Positions 45,414 to 57,970 are shown, counted from the first letter of the stretch. The stretch: 64,000 nt of DNA from Scenedesmus sp. PABB004 (GCA_014905635.1 CM026547.1:3596001-3660000), one strand, 5' to 3'. Program-made: numbers and translations. Notes: generated by a model not told the origin, from the sequence alone.

Positions 45414-46630
45414 GCGCGGGGCGCCCCCGCGCCGGCTGGCCCCCTCGGGGGCCTTTGGACGCCCCCCATTGCTCTGTGTATCAGTAGGCGAGCGCGCACT
45501 TCAATTGCAGTCGCCCGCGGTTTTGGCTGGCGTTGACGTTTGAGGCGCAGCGAGTCGAGGCGTGCGCGCGTGAGGGAGGGACGGAGGGAGGCACCAAGCG
45601 AGGAGGCTGGGCCCGAACTGGCTGTTGCCGCACTGCCGCACTGTCGCTGACCGAGGCGCCCGCGCCGGGCCCGAGCGGCCTGGTCGTCACACGCGCTCGC
45701 GCGCTCTGCGAGAGTAAACAGACCGGCAAGTGTGATCCCTCGCGGTTCGTGCGCCGGCGCGCACCACTCGCCTCGCCTAGCCCTCGCGCACCGCTCCGCC
45801 TCCCTACTCGCCAGCTGGCGCGGCGCCAGCTCGTCCCTCGGTCGAATCGAATGGCTCAAACGCTCGTGCGTGCCAGCGGCACAACCCTCTCGCCTGTCGC
45901 CCGACCCGCGAAACACCAACACGTGACACGACGCACCACGCGCGCGCGGCGCGGCGCCCACAATGCACGGCGCGGCAGGCCGCCGCTGCCGCGCTGCACC
46001 ATGCACGATGCACGTGCATGGAGGGCAGGCACAGATTTGAACAGCAGCAGCTAGAATACAGCCGCACGGCGCGGCCCCTCGGGCGGCGCGCGCCCGCGCC
46101 GCCCACGGCGGGCGGCGCACGACGAGGGGAGAGAGAGAGAGAGAGCGAGTGTACAGGCAGCGGGAGCTGCTGGAACCGCGCCGCCACCACTCGCCGTCGG
46201 GCCGGGCGAGGGCAAAACTCGCGCCGCGCCGGCGCGGCGCGGCGCGGCCGCCGCCGGCGCCTGCTGCCGGAGCGCCTGCCGCGACCAAAACCGGGTGCCT
46301 GGCGGCGCCAAAGGCGCCGCAGACAGACGCGGCGTCGCGCCCCTGCCGCGTTTGGCGGCCGGCCGGCGCGCGCGCGCGCCTGCAACTGACGCGCGCTGCG
46401 CCGCGCCCGGCGATCAAGGGCTGCTGCCCGCCCGCGCCTGCCCCAATCAAATAGAGAAAAGGGGGGCCGCGGCGGCGGCGGCGGCGGCGGCGGCGCCCGC
46501 GCACGCCCGCGCGCCCCGCGGCTGCGCCTGCAGCCGCGAGCGCGCGCGCGCGCGCAGGCGCCACGCCGCTCCGCGCCGGGCGCGCCGCGCCGCGCGCGCC
46601 TCCAGCGGCACACAGTGGCGTGCGCGCCTC

Positions 46631-48541
46631 TCAGAGCTCAAACATGCTGTCCTCGTCGTACGTGGCCAGCGCCTCCTCCGTCAGCACGCGGCAGGTGACC
46701 TCGCCGCCCTCCTCGTCGGGCGGGCTGATCTCCAGCACGCCCGCGGGCGCGTTGAGCACGCCGCTCGACATGCCCACGTCGACGCGCCACACCTTGCCGT
46801 CGCACTCGGAGTTGACGCCGCGCATCTGCGGCGTGTGCCCCACGACGACGCGCTTGGCGCCCACGCGCGCGAGCGCCTGCGCGACCATGTTGCACGCGTG
46901 GAAGCGGTCGATCGGGTTGGCGTAGCTCTCCCGGCTGAGCTGGCGGTTCCACATCACGCTGTTGCCGTCGCCCATCGCCAGGAACGGCGGCGTCGCGTAG
47001 CCCTCCTCGTCCTCCAGCTTGTCCCGCCGCATCCACGCCGCGACCTCGGCGTTCATGCGCTCCAGGCCGTAGTTCACTGCGCCACGCGGCGCGGCGTCAG
47101 CGGCGGCGTGGTGCGGCGCCGGCGGCGGCCGCCGCACGGCCGCGGCGCGGGCGAACACGCCGGGCGGCGGCGCGGCGCGGGGCGGCGCGCACCGTGCGTG
47201 GGCAGCAGGCCGCCGTGCGCAAAGGCGGTGTCGTTGACGATGAGGACGGTCGGGTTGCGCGCGAGCTCGCGCGCGATGCGGCCGCCGGGGAGGTAGAGCG
47301 CGGCGCGCGCCTGGATGCAGCCGTCCCAGTTGCGCATCGCGACCTCGCGCGGGATGCCAAACTCCTGCGCCGCCTCGATGAACGCGCCGGGCGTCACGTA
47401 CCTGGGGCGGCGCGTGCGCGGGCGGGCGCGCGGGGTCGGCGAGCGGGGCGCGCGGGCCGTGGGCGGCGCAGCGGGGCCGCGCGGCCGCTCCTGCCGCTGC
47501 CGCCACCGCCGCTGCCGCCGCCGCTGCTGCTGCTGCTTGCGCCTGCTGCCGACTGCTGCCGGGCGCCACCGCTGGCGCCGGCAGGCGGCTCAGGTCTGCC
47601 CGGGCCGCGGCCAACCGCAGCCAGCCGGCCGGCGGGCGCGCCGAGCGCGGCGCGGGGCGGCGCGCCTGAAGTCGCCGCAGACGTTGAGCGATTCGTGGTT
47701 GCCGTTGAGCATGTACACCGCGCCGCCCTCGGCCCGCGCCTGCACGTCCAGCGCGCGCAGCAACCGCACGATGCCTGCGGCGCGGGGTGCGTGCGTGGGC
47801 GCGTGTCGCACGCCGGCCGTGGGCGCGGCGGCGCGCATGCATGCGGCGCCCGCCCGCGGCGCGGCGCGCCGCGCCGCCGCTGGCGCACCGATCTCCGTGT
47901 CGCCCCGGTCCAGCACGTCGCCCAGCTGCACCACGACCGTGTCGCCGCCGGTCCAGACCATCGCGCCGTCGCGCTCCTCCGCGACGCGCGCGACCGCGAG
48001 CGACTTTTTGGTCTTGGCCATGTCTCCGTGCAGGTCGCCGACTGCGCGGCGCGCGCGCGGCGCGGGCGGTCAGCGCACGCTGGCGGCGGCGGCGCCGGCG
48101 CCGGCGCTGCTGCTGTCCTCGCCCGCCGCCGCCGCCGGCGGCGGCGCGGCGGGCGGCCGGCACCCTGCGCGCGCGCCGGCGGCACGCACTGGCGATGATG
48201 CGGCCCGTGGCGGTCACGTAGGTGGGCGGGTCCTCCGCCGGCGTGGGCGCGCCGTCGCTCTCCTCGTCGTGGGACGGCAGATTCACCGAGACCTCGTGGT
48301 AGACGGCCGTTGCCGCCTGGGCCACGCCCACGCCGCCGGTGCCCACGCGGAGCAGCTGCTCCGCGCCCAGCAGCGCGCTCCCCGCGCTGAGCAGGCCGCG
48401 CCGGGTGGGGCTGGCGCTGTGCAGGCCGCTGCACGCCCCGCTGCGCGCCGGCCGCGCCGCGGGCGGCGCCTGGCCGGCCCGCGCCGGCACGCGCCGCTGC
48501 TGGGCGGGGCCGCAGGCCGCGCGGCGCCCGGCCAGCAGCAT
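46631..48541 (-). CDS. SLP1: Shewanella-like protein phosphatase 1 (PPP family), plastid-targeted; 5 exons
   Basis: PPTYV..GRIIA, GDLHGD, QLGDVLDRG, LNGNHE, FAHGG, VVGHTPQ, WRVDVGMSSG. Confidence 0.92.
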   Translation of the reverse strand: MLLAGRRAACGPAQQRRVPARAGQAPPAARPARSGACSGLHSASPTRRGLLSAGSALLGAEQLLRVGTGGVGVAQAATAVYHEVSVNLPSHDEESDGAPTPAEDPPTYVTATGRIIASACRRRARRVPAARRAAAGGGGGRGQQQRRRRRRRRQRALTARAARAPRSRRPARRHGQDQKVARGRARRGGARRRDGLDRRRHGRGAAGRRAGPGRHGDRCASGGAARRAAGGRRMHARRRAHGRRATRAHARTPRRRHRAVAARAGRAGAGRGRRGVHAQRQPRIAQRLRRLQARRPAPRSARPPAGWLRLAAARADLSRLPAPAVAPGSSRQQAQAAAAAAAAAAVAAAAGAAARPRCAAHGPRAPLADPARPPAHAPPQVRDARRVHRGGAGVWHPARGRDAQLGRLHPGARRALPPRRPHRARARAQPDRPHRQRHRLCARRPAAHARCAPPRAAPPPGVFARAAAVRRPPPAPHHAAADAAPRGAVNYGLERMNAEVAAWMRRDKLEDEEGYATPPFLAMGDGNSVMWNRQLSRESYANPIDRFHACNMVAQALARVGAKRVVVGHTPQMRGVNSECDGKVWRVDVGMSSGVLNAPAGVLEISPPDEEGGEVTCRVLTEEALATYDEDSMFEL

Positions 48542-49190
48542 CCTGCGCTGCTCGAGCGCGGCAGATAGGAGCCGCGGCCGCAATGCGCCACGGGGCGGCG
48601 TTCACGGACGCGTCACGGACCGCGCCGTCGGCGGGGCGCCGGCTGTGGGGCTGGCGCGGGGCGGCGCAAGGGTGCTCTGCTCCCGGCCTGGCACCCTGAG
48701 CCCCGGCGTCGCGCGCGCCCTGGTGCCGGGCGCGGCAGCTGCTCCGTGATCGGCCAGCGCCCTGGCCGGGCCTGCGGCGGCGCCGCTGCGGCGATCGGGC
48801 CGCGGCCGAGCCCCGCGCGACGCGCGGCCAGCGCCGCGCGCCGCCGCGCGCCGCCGCGCTGCGGCGGGCCCTGCTGCTCGTGGCTGCCGCAGTCACACGG
48901 GCACAACTGCGCCGCGCCGTCCCCGCGCCGCCTCGGCGACGCTGCGCCGGGCCGCGACAACAACTCCGGACGTCGCGCGCCCCGGTGACGCGCTCAGCAG
49001 AGCGAGCTGGGGCGCGATCCGGCAATCCGGCCAAGGGGAGGGGGGCAGGAGATCGGGCTGTCGCGGCGTCGCAGTTCAATGCGTCGACACGCGCTTCAGG
49101 ACGCGCGCTGCCTCTGCGGCAGCGGCGCACACGCCCAGCGCACACGCCCAGAACCCAGTGCGGCAGCGCGCTCTCTGTACATGCGCTCGC

Positions 49191-51531
49191 TCACTCCTCG
49201 CTGATGCGCGTGCTCAGGGGCAGCGGCGAGAACAGCACGGGCGACGCGCGGCCGGCCGCGCCCGGCGGCCCGCCGCCGCGCGCGGCCCAGGCGTGCAGCT
49301 CCAGGCCACGCCCCAGCGCGGCGCCCCCGCCGGCGCCAATGGCCGCGAGCTGGCGCTGCACGGCGAGCGAGCCGCGCAGCCGCGCGCCGAGCAGCGCCGC
49401 GACGCCCGCGAGCGCGGCGCTGCCGGCGAGCGCCGCGGCCAGCGCGAGCCGCGCGGCGCGGCGCTGCCGCCGCAGCGCGGCGCCCTCGTCGCCGCCGCCG
49501 GACGCGCTGCTGAGGTGCAGCACCGCCGCGCCGAGCGCCCAGTCGAGCCCCACCTCGCCGCCGCCCGCGCCGGCCGCGCCGCCGGCCGCGGGGAGCGTGT
49601 TGGTGAACGTCACGACCGTGCCCTCGCCCAGGCGCAGCACGTCGATCAGCAGCGTCCAGGCAAAGGCCGAGCCAAAGCAGTACCGGAACAGGAAGGCCGC
49701 CTGCTCGGGCTGGCCCGCGTGCGCGGCGAGCGTCTGGGGCCACGGCCGCGAGCAGAAGCGCCGCGCGGCGAGGCCAAACTCGCCGATGCTCGCCACGCGC
49801 GGCAGGCCGAGCGCGGCCGCGGTGTACGCAAAGTTCTCGACCGCCACCAGCTCGCCTGCGCGCACGGGGCGGCGGCAGCGCGGCGGCGCTCGCGGCGGCG
49901 GCGCAGCGCGGGCGCGGCGCGGCTGGACGCCGCAGGGCGGCGCCGCGGCGGCGCGTCACCCGCGAGGCGCGGCATGTCGCTGGGGATCTCGGGGCAGGGC
50001 GCCCGCGCGGCGGGCGCCGCGGCCTTGCAGTTGCTGGGGTCGATCGCGCGCGCGACGAGGCCCTGGCACACGGACCACTCGCCCGAGCCCATGCGGCCGT
50101 CCGCGGCCGCGTACCTGCGCCAGCGGCGGCGGGGCGCTCAGCGGCGGGCGGGCGGGTGGCGGTGCCAGGCGCGCGCACCCAGCGCGCGCACCCGGCGGGG
50201 AGGCAGGGGTCCATCACTTGCAGCCCGCCCCCCGCGGCGGGCGCCGCCGGCTGCTGGCCCGCCCGCCCCTGCTCCCGCTGCTGCTGCCCCTGCTGCCCCT
50301 GCTGCTGCTGCTGCCCCTGCTGCTGCTGCTGCTGCTGCTGCCCCTGTGGCCCCTGCTGCTGCTCCCCCTGCGGCTGCTGCGGCCCGCCGGCGGCCGCGCC
50401 GAGCACGAGCGCGCCAACCGCGGCCTCGACCACGTCGAAGCCGTATCCCAGGTAGCTGTGGCTCCACAGCGGCCGGCTCACGCCCGGCAGCGACACGCGC
50501 ACGCTCGCGCCGCCGCCGGCGTCGCGCGGCGCGGCGGCGCCGCCGCCGCCGGCGGAGCCATCTGGCATGAATGTGACCTGCGCGCTCGCGCCGCCCATCT
50601 CGATCAGCGCCTTGAACCCCGCGCCGCCGCCCGGCAGGCGGGGGTCCTTGCGGCTGCGCATGTTGCGCGCGGCGGCCTGGAGGCTGCCGGAGGCGTAGTT
50701 GGCCGCGACCCACGCGTAGAGGCCCTCCGTGCTGCCGCTGATGAGGCGCGCCCACTCGGGGCGGAACGCAAAGGGGCTCGCGCGCAGCGCGCCGCGGCAC
50801 TGCTCCAGCACCGCCTCGGCCTGCGCCGCCGGCAGCAGCCGCAGCCCCGCGGTCGCGAAGAGGAACACAGGCGTCGCCGCGCGCGCGCCGGGCGGCACGC
50901 GCGCCGCCGCAAACTCGAGCAGCGGCCGCAGCGACGCGCCCGCGCCGGCCGCGTCGTCGGCGTACGCCGACAGTCCGGGCGAGACCTTGAGCTTGGCCTC
51001 CGGCAGCGACAGCGCCGCGTAGCTGCTGCGCGCGTCGGCCGCGTAGTCAAACACGTGCACGCGCGTGCCCGTGCTGCCCGCGTCCAGCACGACCAGGTGC
51101 CGCGTCGCGTGCGCCTGCGCGCGACGGCCGGGCGGCGGTCGCGGCCGGCGCTCGCGGGCGGGGCGCGCGCGCGCGCCGCCCCGCTGCCGCCCCGGCCGCC
51201 GGGACCGCCTCACCTGTCGCAGCGCGCGCGCGTGCAGCACCCACAGCGCGGCGACGAGCAGCAGCAGCGCGGCCGCGAGCGCGGCGAGCGACGGCAGGCC
51301 GCCGCCGCCCGCCGCGCCGAGCCTGCGTCGTGCCCGCTCCCAGCGGCCCCGCAGCAGCTTCACGGGCGGCGCTGCCTTGTCGCCGGTGTAGGCGTCGCCG
51401 CGCGCCGCGCCGCCGCCCGGCGACAGCAGCGCCGGCGCTGCCAGCGCGCCGGCCGCCAGCGCGCCCGCAGCCTGCTCCGGGATGCCCCAGGCGCCAGCGC
51501 TGAGCCCCGTGGCGGAACGGGGCCTGAACAT
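49191..51531 (-). CDS. GDA1/CD39 family apyrase (NTPDase) with N- and C-terminal TM segments; spliced
   Basis: ACR1 VLDAGSTGTR, ACR2 FATAGLR, ACR3 ISGSTEGLYAW, ACR4 EMGGASAQ, ACR5 DWALGA. Confidence 0.92.
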
Positions 51532-51936
51532 CAATCACCCGGGCTGCAGGGGCGCCGTTGCCATTGCCGGGGCAAACGCTGGCCGGCGCGGCCCCTCTCA
51601 GAGTGCGTCGCAGTCACACGCGGCTTGCTGGTGCTCACGCGCGAGCATGCGCGACGCGCATGCGCCCGGGGCTGGCCCGCGGTGGCCAAGCGGCGGCGGC
51701 GACCGTCGCCGCGCTGCTGTCCGCCCGGCGGCGACCGTCAGCTCGAGCAGCAGCGAGCACACAGAGGCAGCTGCGGTTGGCGCTCAGGTGTGGGCCCGCC
51801 GGCAGGGAGGTCGAGGGCCCACATGACGGCGCGCGTCGCTCACCCGCGCGTCCCGACGGCGGCGAGGGCAACAGCTGAGCCTCGGGCATGCGAGCGCCGG
51901 AGGGGGGTGTCGGTCGGCGGCAGCGCACGCCGCGCG

Positions 51937-53708
51937 TCAGCCGCCCGGCCGCGTCTCCAGCGCGGCGTCCTCGATCGCCTCGCCGCAGTGGAACCACGCC
52001 GTGCACCCCGGCTCCTGCGCCGCGCGGGCGGCGGCGCCGGGTCGGGCGGCGGCGGGTCGAGCGGCAGCGGCGGCCAGGCGGTGGGCCGGGCGGCGCCCTG
52101 CCGCTGCGCGGCGCCCGCGCACCCGCATCGAGTGCGTCAGCAGCGTCGCGCACACGAGGTCGCCCGCGGCGGGCGCGCGGAGCAGCTGCAGGCGCACGTG
52201 CGGCAGCGCGCGCCACTGCTCGCCGAGTGCGGGCTTGTAGTTGTAGTTCACGTCGCCGGGGCCCAGCCGCGCCTGGCCGCCGCCGCCGCCGCCGTCGCGG
52301 CCAAAGCCGCCGCCCGTGCCGACCACGTGGTTGGTCAGCAGCACCGCGAGCCGCAGCGCGTCGGCCACGTGCCGCAGCAGCCGCCCCGTCTCCGCCACAA
52401 CCACGTGCCCTGCCGCGCACGTGCCGCGCACGTGCCGGCGTCGGGCTCCGCGCCGCGCCGCCGCGCGTGCCGCGCGTGCCGCGCGCGCCGCGCGTGCCCC
52501 GGCGCGGCCGTGGTGCCAGCGCCACACCTTGGTTGTGCTGCTGGCTGCCCATGACCGGGGCGAGCAGCGCAGAGATGGAGTCAACGATGAGCAGCTTGGG
52601 CCAGGTGCTCGGGTCCTGCGGCGCGCGTCCCGCGGCGCAGGGCGCATTGGCCGGCTGCGCACGAGGGCCTGCGCCGCCGGCGCGCGGGCGCCAGCCCCGC
52701 CCGCCCCAGCACACCGAGCCGGCCGCGCGGCGCGCCAGCTCGTCCAGGCTCGTCAGCAGCGCGTGGATGCTGTGGACCGCCACGACCTGGATGTGCGCCA
52801 GCGCCGCCTGCGCGCGCGGGCGGTGGCGCCGGGCGGTGCCGGTCGGGCGCGCACGCGCCCGCCCGCCGCCGCGCCCCGGGGGACTCCCCCGGGCGGCGCC
52901 CGCGCGCGTGCACGGCGCCGCACGGTGTCGTCGGTGAACTGCGCGAGCAGCTGCCGGGCGCGCGGCGCGCTGAAGGCGTTGGTCGAGTCAAAGTAGATCA
53001 CGCCCTCGCCGCGCTGCGCGGTCGTGACCGCGGCGAGGTGGCACAGCTGCGTGCGTGCGTGCGCGGGCGGCCGGCGCGGCGGCGGGTCGGCGGCGGCGGC
53101 CGCGGCCGCGCGGCGGCGGCGGCGGCAGGCGCGCCGCGCGCCGCGCGCGCGCCTGCGTCTTGCCGGCGCAGGTCTCGCCCGCGACCTCTGTGACCGTCGT
53201 CTCGCGCAGCCCGCCGAGCAGCATCGCGTCCACGCTCTCCACGCCGCTCGGCATGATGCGCGTGGCCTCCATGTGGCTGAGGAGCTGCATGCCGCTCAGA
53301 AACTCGGGCGCGCGCGCCGCCGCCTGCGACAGCACCGCCGCGTGCACGCGCGCCGCGAGCGACTGCGGCAGCGGGGGCGGCGCGGCGGCGGGCGCGGGTC
53401 GGCGCGCGCGCCGGCGGGCGCGCTGAGGCGCCGCGCGCTGCTAGAGGCGCGCCGCCGCGCGCGCCTGGTCGCCGCCCGGCTGCTGCTGCTGCTGCTGCGC
53501 GTGCTGGGCGAGCAGCGGCAGCGCGTCGCCGCTCGTGAGGTAGCGCTCGACTGCGGCGGGCGCGGGCGCGGGCGTCAGGCGCGGGTGCCCAGGGGCCAGG
53601 GCGCCCAGGGCCCGGCGCGGCGCGCGCACGCGAGCCGTGGGCCGCCAGCGCCGCGGCGACGGCGCCGTCGGCGTCGCCGGCGGGGCCGTGCGTGGCGAGG
53701 CGCGTCAT
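51937..53708 (-). CDS. RAD51D: RAD51 paralogue, RAD51D-like; multi-exon
   Basis: SGVESVDAMLLGGLRE..TEVAGETCAGKTQ|LC, VIYFDSTNAFS, LLIVDSISALLAPVMG, AVLLTNHVV, KPALGEQWRALPHVRL. Confidence 0.85.
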
Positions 53709-54093
53709 GGCTGCCGTTGGTGATGATCCTGGGCAGCCGCGCTGTTCTGGGGTTGGGAGGGGAAGGGGGCCTGAGGCAGCTGGCGTGTCGCGACGGCCCG
53801 CTGCTCAGCACAACCGCGGCGCCGCCCAACAAGAACCGGGCCGGACCTGCCACGCGCACCACTCCACAAGGCGCCGCGCAGCAGCCCACCGCCGCCAGGA
53901 CGCGCACGCGCCGACAGCAGCTCGCCGACAGCAGCGCGCCGACAGCAGCGCGCCGCGCGTTGCGCCGCCGCCGCCGCCGCCCGCCGCTGCGTGGGCGACC
54001 GGCGCTGCTGACGTCGCAGCCGGCGGGGCCGCGCGATGTGAGGGCTCTGCAGCAGCAGCAGCAGCAGCAGCAGCAGCGGCGGCGGCGCCAAAC

Positions 54094-55392
54094 ATGTCGG
54101 CCTGCGTCAACCTCGTCGCGCCCCAGCCGGGCGGGGCGACCGTGGCGTATGACCTGGTGCGGCCCGCCGCGCGTCCCTGGTTGCCGGCTGGGGGGCAGTC
54201 GCCGCCCGCGAGCGCAGCTGAGCGCCGCTGCTGCTCTCGCCGCCGCCGCCTGCGCTGCCAGGCGGTGGGCCTGCCTGCGCTGGCGTTCCTGGCGTTCCTG
54301 GTGAGCCCTCGCGCACGCCAGGCCGGCGTCCCCCCGCGCGCCGCGGCCGCCCGCGCGCGGCGCCGCCGCCGGCGGCTCACCGGCGTCCCGTCGCGCGGCG
54401 CCGCCGGCGCGCGCGCAGGCGCTGCGGCTGCAGCCGAGCCTGCGCAAGCTGCGGCGCTCGCGCAGCGTGATGATGGGCGCATACTACACCTTCCTCTGGG
54501 GCGTCGCGCTGCTCAACGCGGCGCGCTGCGTGCTGCAGCTCGCGCAGCGCGGCGACGGGCACGCGGCGCTGTGGAACGCGCTCTGGCTCGTCACGCGGTT
54601 CGGTGCGCGGCCGGGGGTCGCGCGCGCTCGCACGCGCCGCCCCCGTGCGGCGCCCCGCCACGCCGCCGGCGGCCGCCGGCGCGGCCCCCGACTGTCGCCG
54701 CCACCGGCGCCGCCACTGCTCCCCCGCGCGGCAGGCATGATCTCGCTGGAGGCGTCGGTGGTCGTGTACCTGCTGCAGGGCTTTGCAGCGCCTGGCGAGC
54801 AGGTGCGCCGCCGGCGCGGCGGCGGGGCGCTGCTGCTGCGGCCGGGCGCGGCCGACCCGTGGCTGGTGCGCCGCGCGCCGCCCCGTCGCAGGCGCTGCGC
54901 AACACGCTCGCGGCGTCGGGCGCCGCCGCGGCGGTCGACACGGGCGTGAAGGCGCTGCTCATCTTTGTGAGCCGCGTGCCGCTGTACTTGTACGACCCCG
55001 CGTCCGACATGGCGTGGTCAAAGTGGGCGTTCTGGCTCGCCCACGGCCTCGCCGGCGTGGCCGCGTACGGCGCGCTCGCGGCGCTGCCGTGGACGCCCTG
55101 GCGCGAGGCGCTGCCGGCGCGGCGCGGCTTCCGGCGCTACGTCGCGGCGCTGCTCGGCCTGCACGCCGCGCTGTCGGTCGGCGCGGCGCTGGTGGGGTCC
55201 AAGCTCGTGGGCGGGTACTGCGTGTATGGGCTCGCGAGCTGGCTCTACTACGCTGCCTGGCCGCCGCTGCTGTATGCGACGTTCCTGTCCGAGTTCCTGG
55301 CCGACAGCGAGCTCGACACCGACCTCCTGCTGTACAGCGAGATGCACGAGGCCGGCTGCTTCGCCGACGACGACGGCGGGCCCGCGACGTGA
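54094..55392 (+). CDS. TPRA1/GPR175-family 7TM protein (plant CAND2/PMTR1-like); 5 exons
   Basis: LPALAFLAFL, KLRRSRSVMMGAYY.FLW, WNALWL..F|GMISLEASVVVYLLQG, LPARRGF.RY, PLLYATFL.EF, YSEM.EAG.F. Confidence 0.85.
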   Translation: MSACVNLVAPQPGGATVAYDLVRPAARPWLPAGGQSPPASAAERRCCSRRRRLRCQAVGLPALAFLAFLVSPRARQAGVPPRAAAARARRRRRRLTGVPSRGAAGARAGAAAAAEPAQAAALAQRDDGRILHLPLGRRAAQRGALRAAARAARRRARGAVERALARHAVRCAAGGRARSHAPPPCGAPPRRRRPPARPPTVAATGAATAPPRGRHDLAGGVGGRVPAAGLCSAWRAGAPPARRRGAAAAAGRGRPVAGAPRAAPSQALRNTLAASGAAAAVDTGVKALLIFVSRVPLYLYDPASDMAWSKWAFWLAHGLAGVAAYGALAALPWTPWREALPARRGFRRYVAALLGLHAALSVGAALVGSKLVGGYCVYGLASWLYYAAWPPLLYATFLSEFLADSELDTDLLLYSEMHEAGCFADDDGGPAT

Positions 55393-55489
55393 GCGCGCCG
55401 GCGCGGCGGCCGGGGCGAGGGCGCGCGACGGGCGCCTCTCAGCGGCGGCGGCGGCGGCGGCGGCGGTCCATCTGACCCGCCGGCCTGCG

Positions 55490-55494
55490 TGTAA
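55490..55494 (+). promoter_or_regulatory. Chlorophyte polyadenylation signal TGTAA (example)
   Basis: About 100 nt after the CAND2-like stop. The same signal follows other genes (+15994, +58341; -7544, -23149, -40612, -58164) although it is rare in this GC background. Confidence 0.75.
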
Positions 55495-55740
55495 CTACCA
55501 ACAGCGGCGGCGGCGCGAGCCACCGCGAGCCGGCCGCGTGCGGCGGCGACCGAGCGGGCGGCGCGCCGTTTCACCACGCGCGGTCCAGGCGCACGTCTCG
55601 CGACCTCACGCACGCCCCGCACCAATCTCAAGCTGTTCCGAAGGAGGAGAGGAGGCGCGCTGCTCGGCGGCCGCGCAGCAGCGGTCAATCTTCGCGGCCC
55701 CTGCACGCCGCCTGCACGCCCTGGAGCTGCGCGGGGCGCG

Positions 55741-57970
55741 ATGAACCTGCTGCGCAGTTTTGTGCCTCGCGCCGTCTGGCGAGCGCACGGCACCAAGCTC
55801 CGTGCGCTGCGCTACGTGCGCGCGGCCGTCTACCTGGTCAACGTGCACACGGTCGCGCTGACGCTGCTCAGCTGCCTCGCCGTGGCGCTGTGCCAGCGGT
55901 GCGCGGCCCCACAGGGCGCGAGGCGCAGCTCGGGGCCGCGCGCGCCGCCTCAGCGCGCCGCTGGCCGCCGCGCCGCGCAGGTGGTGCTTCTCGTACAAGA
56001 TGGACCTCACGCTCGTGGCCACAGGTGTGGGCGTCGCTGCCGTGTGTGCAACCGTTGCCCAGCGCGCGCAGGGCTGACCGTGCACGTCGCGCACGTCACG
56101 CGCGCGCGCAGGCACAACCTTCCCGCTGATCTTCGGCATCCAGCAGGCCTTCACACGGCGGGAGAAGGCGCTGAGCCTCATCGCAAACCTGCGGGCTTCC
56201 GCCATCTGCATCTACCTGCAGCACCGCGACTGGGCGCAGGACGAGGGCTGGCCCGCCTCGCTCGGCAACGACCGCACCGCGGCGGCGCTCGGCTGCAAGG
56301 CGCTGCTGAACGACCTGCTCCGGGACGTGCGGTCCTACCTCACGGCCGTGACGCCCTGGGAGAGCCGCGCCGAGCAGCGGCTGAGCGCGCGGCACCACCC
56401 GGAGCTGCGCATGCTCCTCGCAGGTCCGCATCGCCGCCAGCGCGCGCAGCGTGCCACGGCCGGCGGCGCCGCGTCTGCTGGGCCGCGCGCGACACTGCCC
56501 GCCGCGCAGACACGTCGCTGGGCGGCGGCGCGAGCCAGATGAGCTTCGCCGCCGCGTTCGAGAGCAGCTGCAGGGCCGACCCCGCCGCCGCCGCGCTGCG
56601 GCGCTGCTACCGGGGCTTCAGCCGCCTCAGCGTGCTCAACGAGCGCCTCGGCCTGCGCAGCGGTGCGCGCGCGCGCGCGCGTCGGGACGGAGGGGGCGCC
56701 AGGCTTGCCGGTGTGCAGTCAGTTGGCGCCAAAAGCCACGCGCCGCCCGCCCGCCGCCCGCCAAGGCTACACGCGCGGGGGCGAGGGCGGGCTGTCGCGC
56801 ACCAACCAGTATTTGCGGATGATCGTCGCCAACCTCGAGGAGCTGCGCTGCCTCAAGGAGTACCGCACGCCCATCATGATGCGGTGAGGCGTGGTGGTCG
56901 TGCGGCGCGCAGCGCGCGCAGCGTTGGGCGCGCGCGGCTCGCCGCGGCGGCGTCCGACCGCCGCGCTCCCCGCCCGCCCCGAAGCTTCGCAAACGGCGTG
57001 CTGCTGCACGTCTTTGCCGTGGCGCTCGCGCCGTACTGGGCAAGCTACTGCGATTCGTGGACGGGCGCGGGCCGGTCCGCCGCGACCTGCCCAGCGGGCT
57101 TTTCGGGTGCGGGCCGGGGAGACCAGCACGCGTGCTGTGCGGTGCGCGCGCGCAGCGCCCAGCCCGCGTCGCCACGGCGCCGCCGCCGCCGCAGCCGCGG
57201 TGACCTTCAGCCTCATCACCTTGCTCCTCTTCCACGTCCAGCAAGACATCGAGCAGCCCTTTGACATGGAGGGCCTGGACGACGTCTTCCTGGACGGCGA
57301 CTGCTTCGACCTCGCCGCGGTGGCCGAGCCCGCGGCCACGGGTGGGGGCGCGCGCGCGCGCGCACGGCGCGGCGCGCGCGCAGCACGCGCGGCGTTGCGG
57401 TGGCACCACGGCCACGCCGACGGCGGCGCGCCGACTCGCGCCGCGTGCCGCGTGCCGCGCGCCGCAGCCGCGCCGAGCGGGCTCAGCACGCCGCGGCTGG
57501 CGTGCTTCGACTGCGGCCCCGGCAGCCCCTGCGGCGTGCGCGGGCCGCCCGACCTGCACGCCTGGAGCCTGCAGGCCCAGCTGGCGGGGCCGCGGCTCAC
57601 GCCGCAGGCGAGCAGCGCGCTGCGGCCGGTCAAGGAGTGCGGCGTCGAGGGGGGCGGCGGCGCCGCCGGCAGCCGGCCGGCTCCGCAGCAGCCGCAGCGG
57701 CGGCCGTCTGGCACGGGTGCAGCCAGCCCGCGGCGCGGCGGCTCGCCGCCGCCCGGCCCCGCCCCGGCCAGCGCCGGCCGGCTGAGCGGCGCCGGCAGCC
57801 TCGACGCGCTCGCCGGCGGCGCCGGCGGGGGGCCCGGGCTGGCGCGGCGCAGCAGCTGCGGCGGCAGCTGCCCTGACGGCGACGTGCCGCCACGGCCGCG
57901 CCGCGCGTCGAGCGGCGAGGGCGAGGCGCTGATCAAGGCGGGTGCGCACATGTACAGCGACGCCCGGTAG
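55741..57970 (+). CDS. Bestrophin-like (RFP-TM/UPF0187-related) membrane protein with low-complexity tail; multi-exon
   Basis: FPLIFGIQQAFTRREKAL, LEELR..KEYRTP, LFHVQQDIEQPFDMEGLDD, four hydrophobic segments. Confidence 0.7.
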
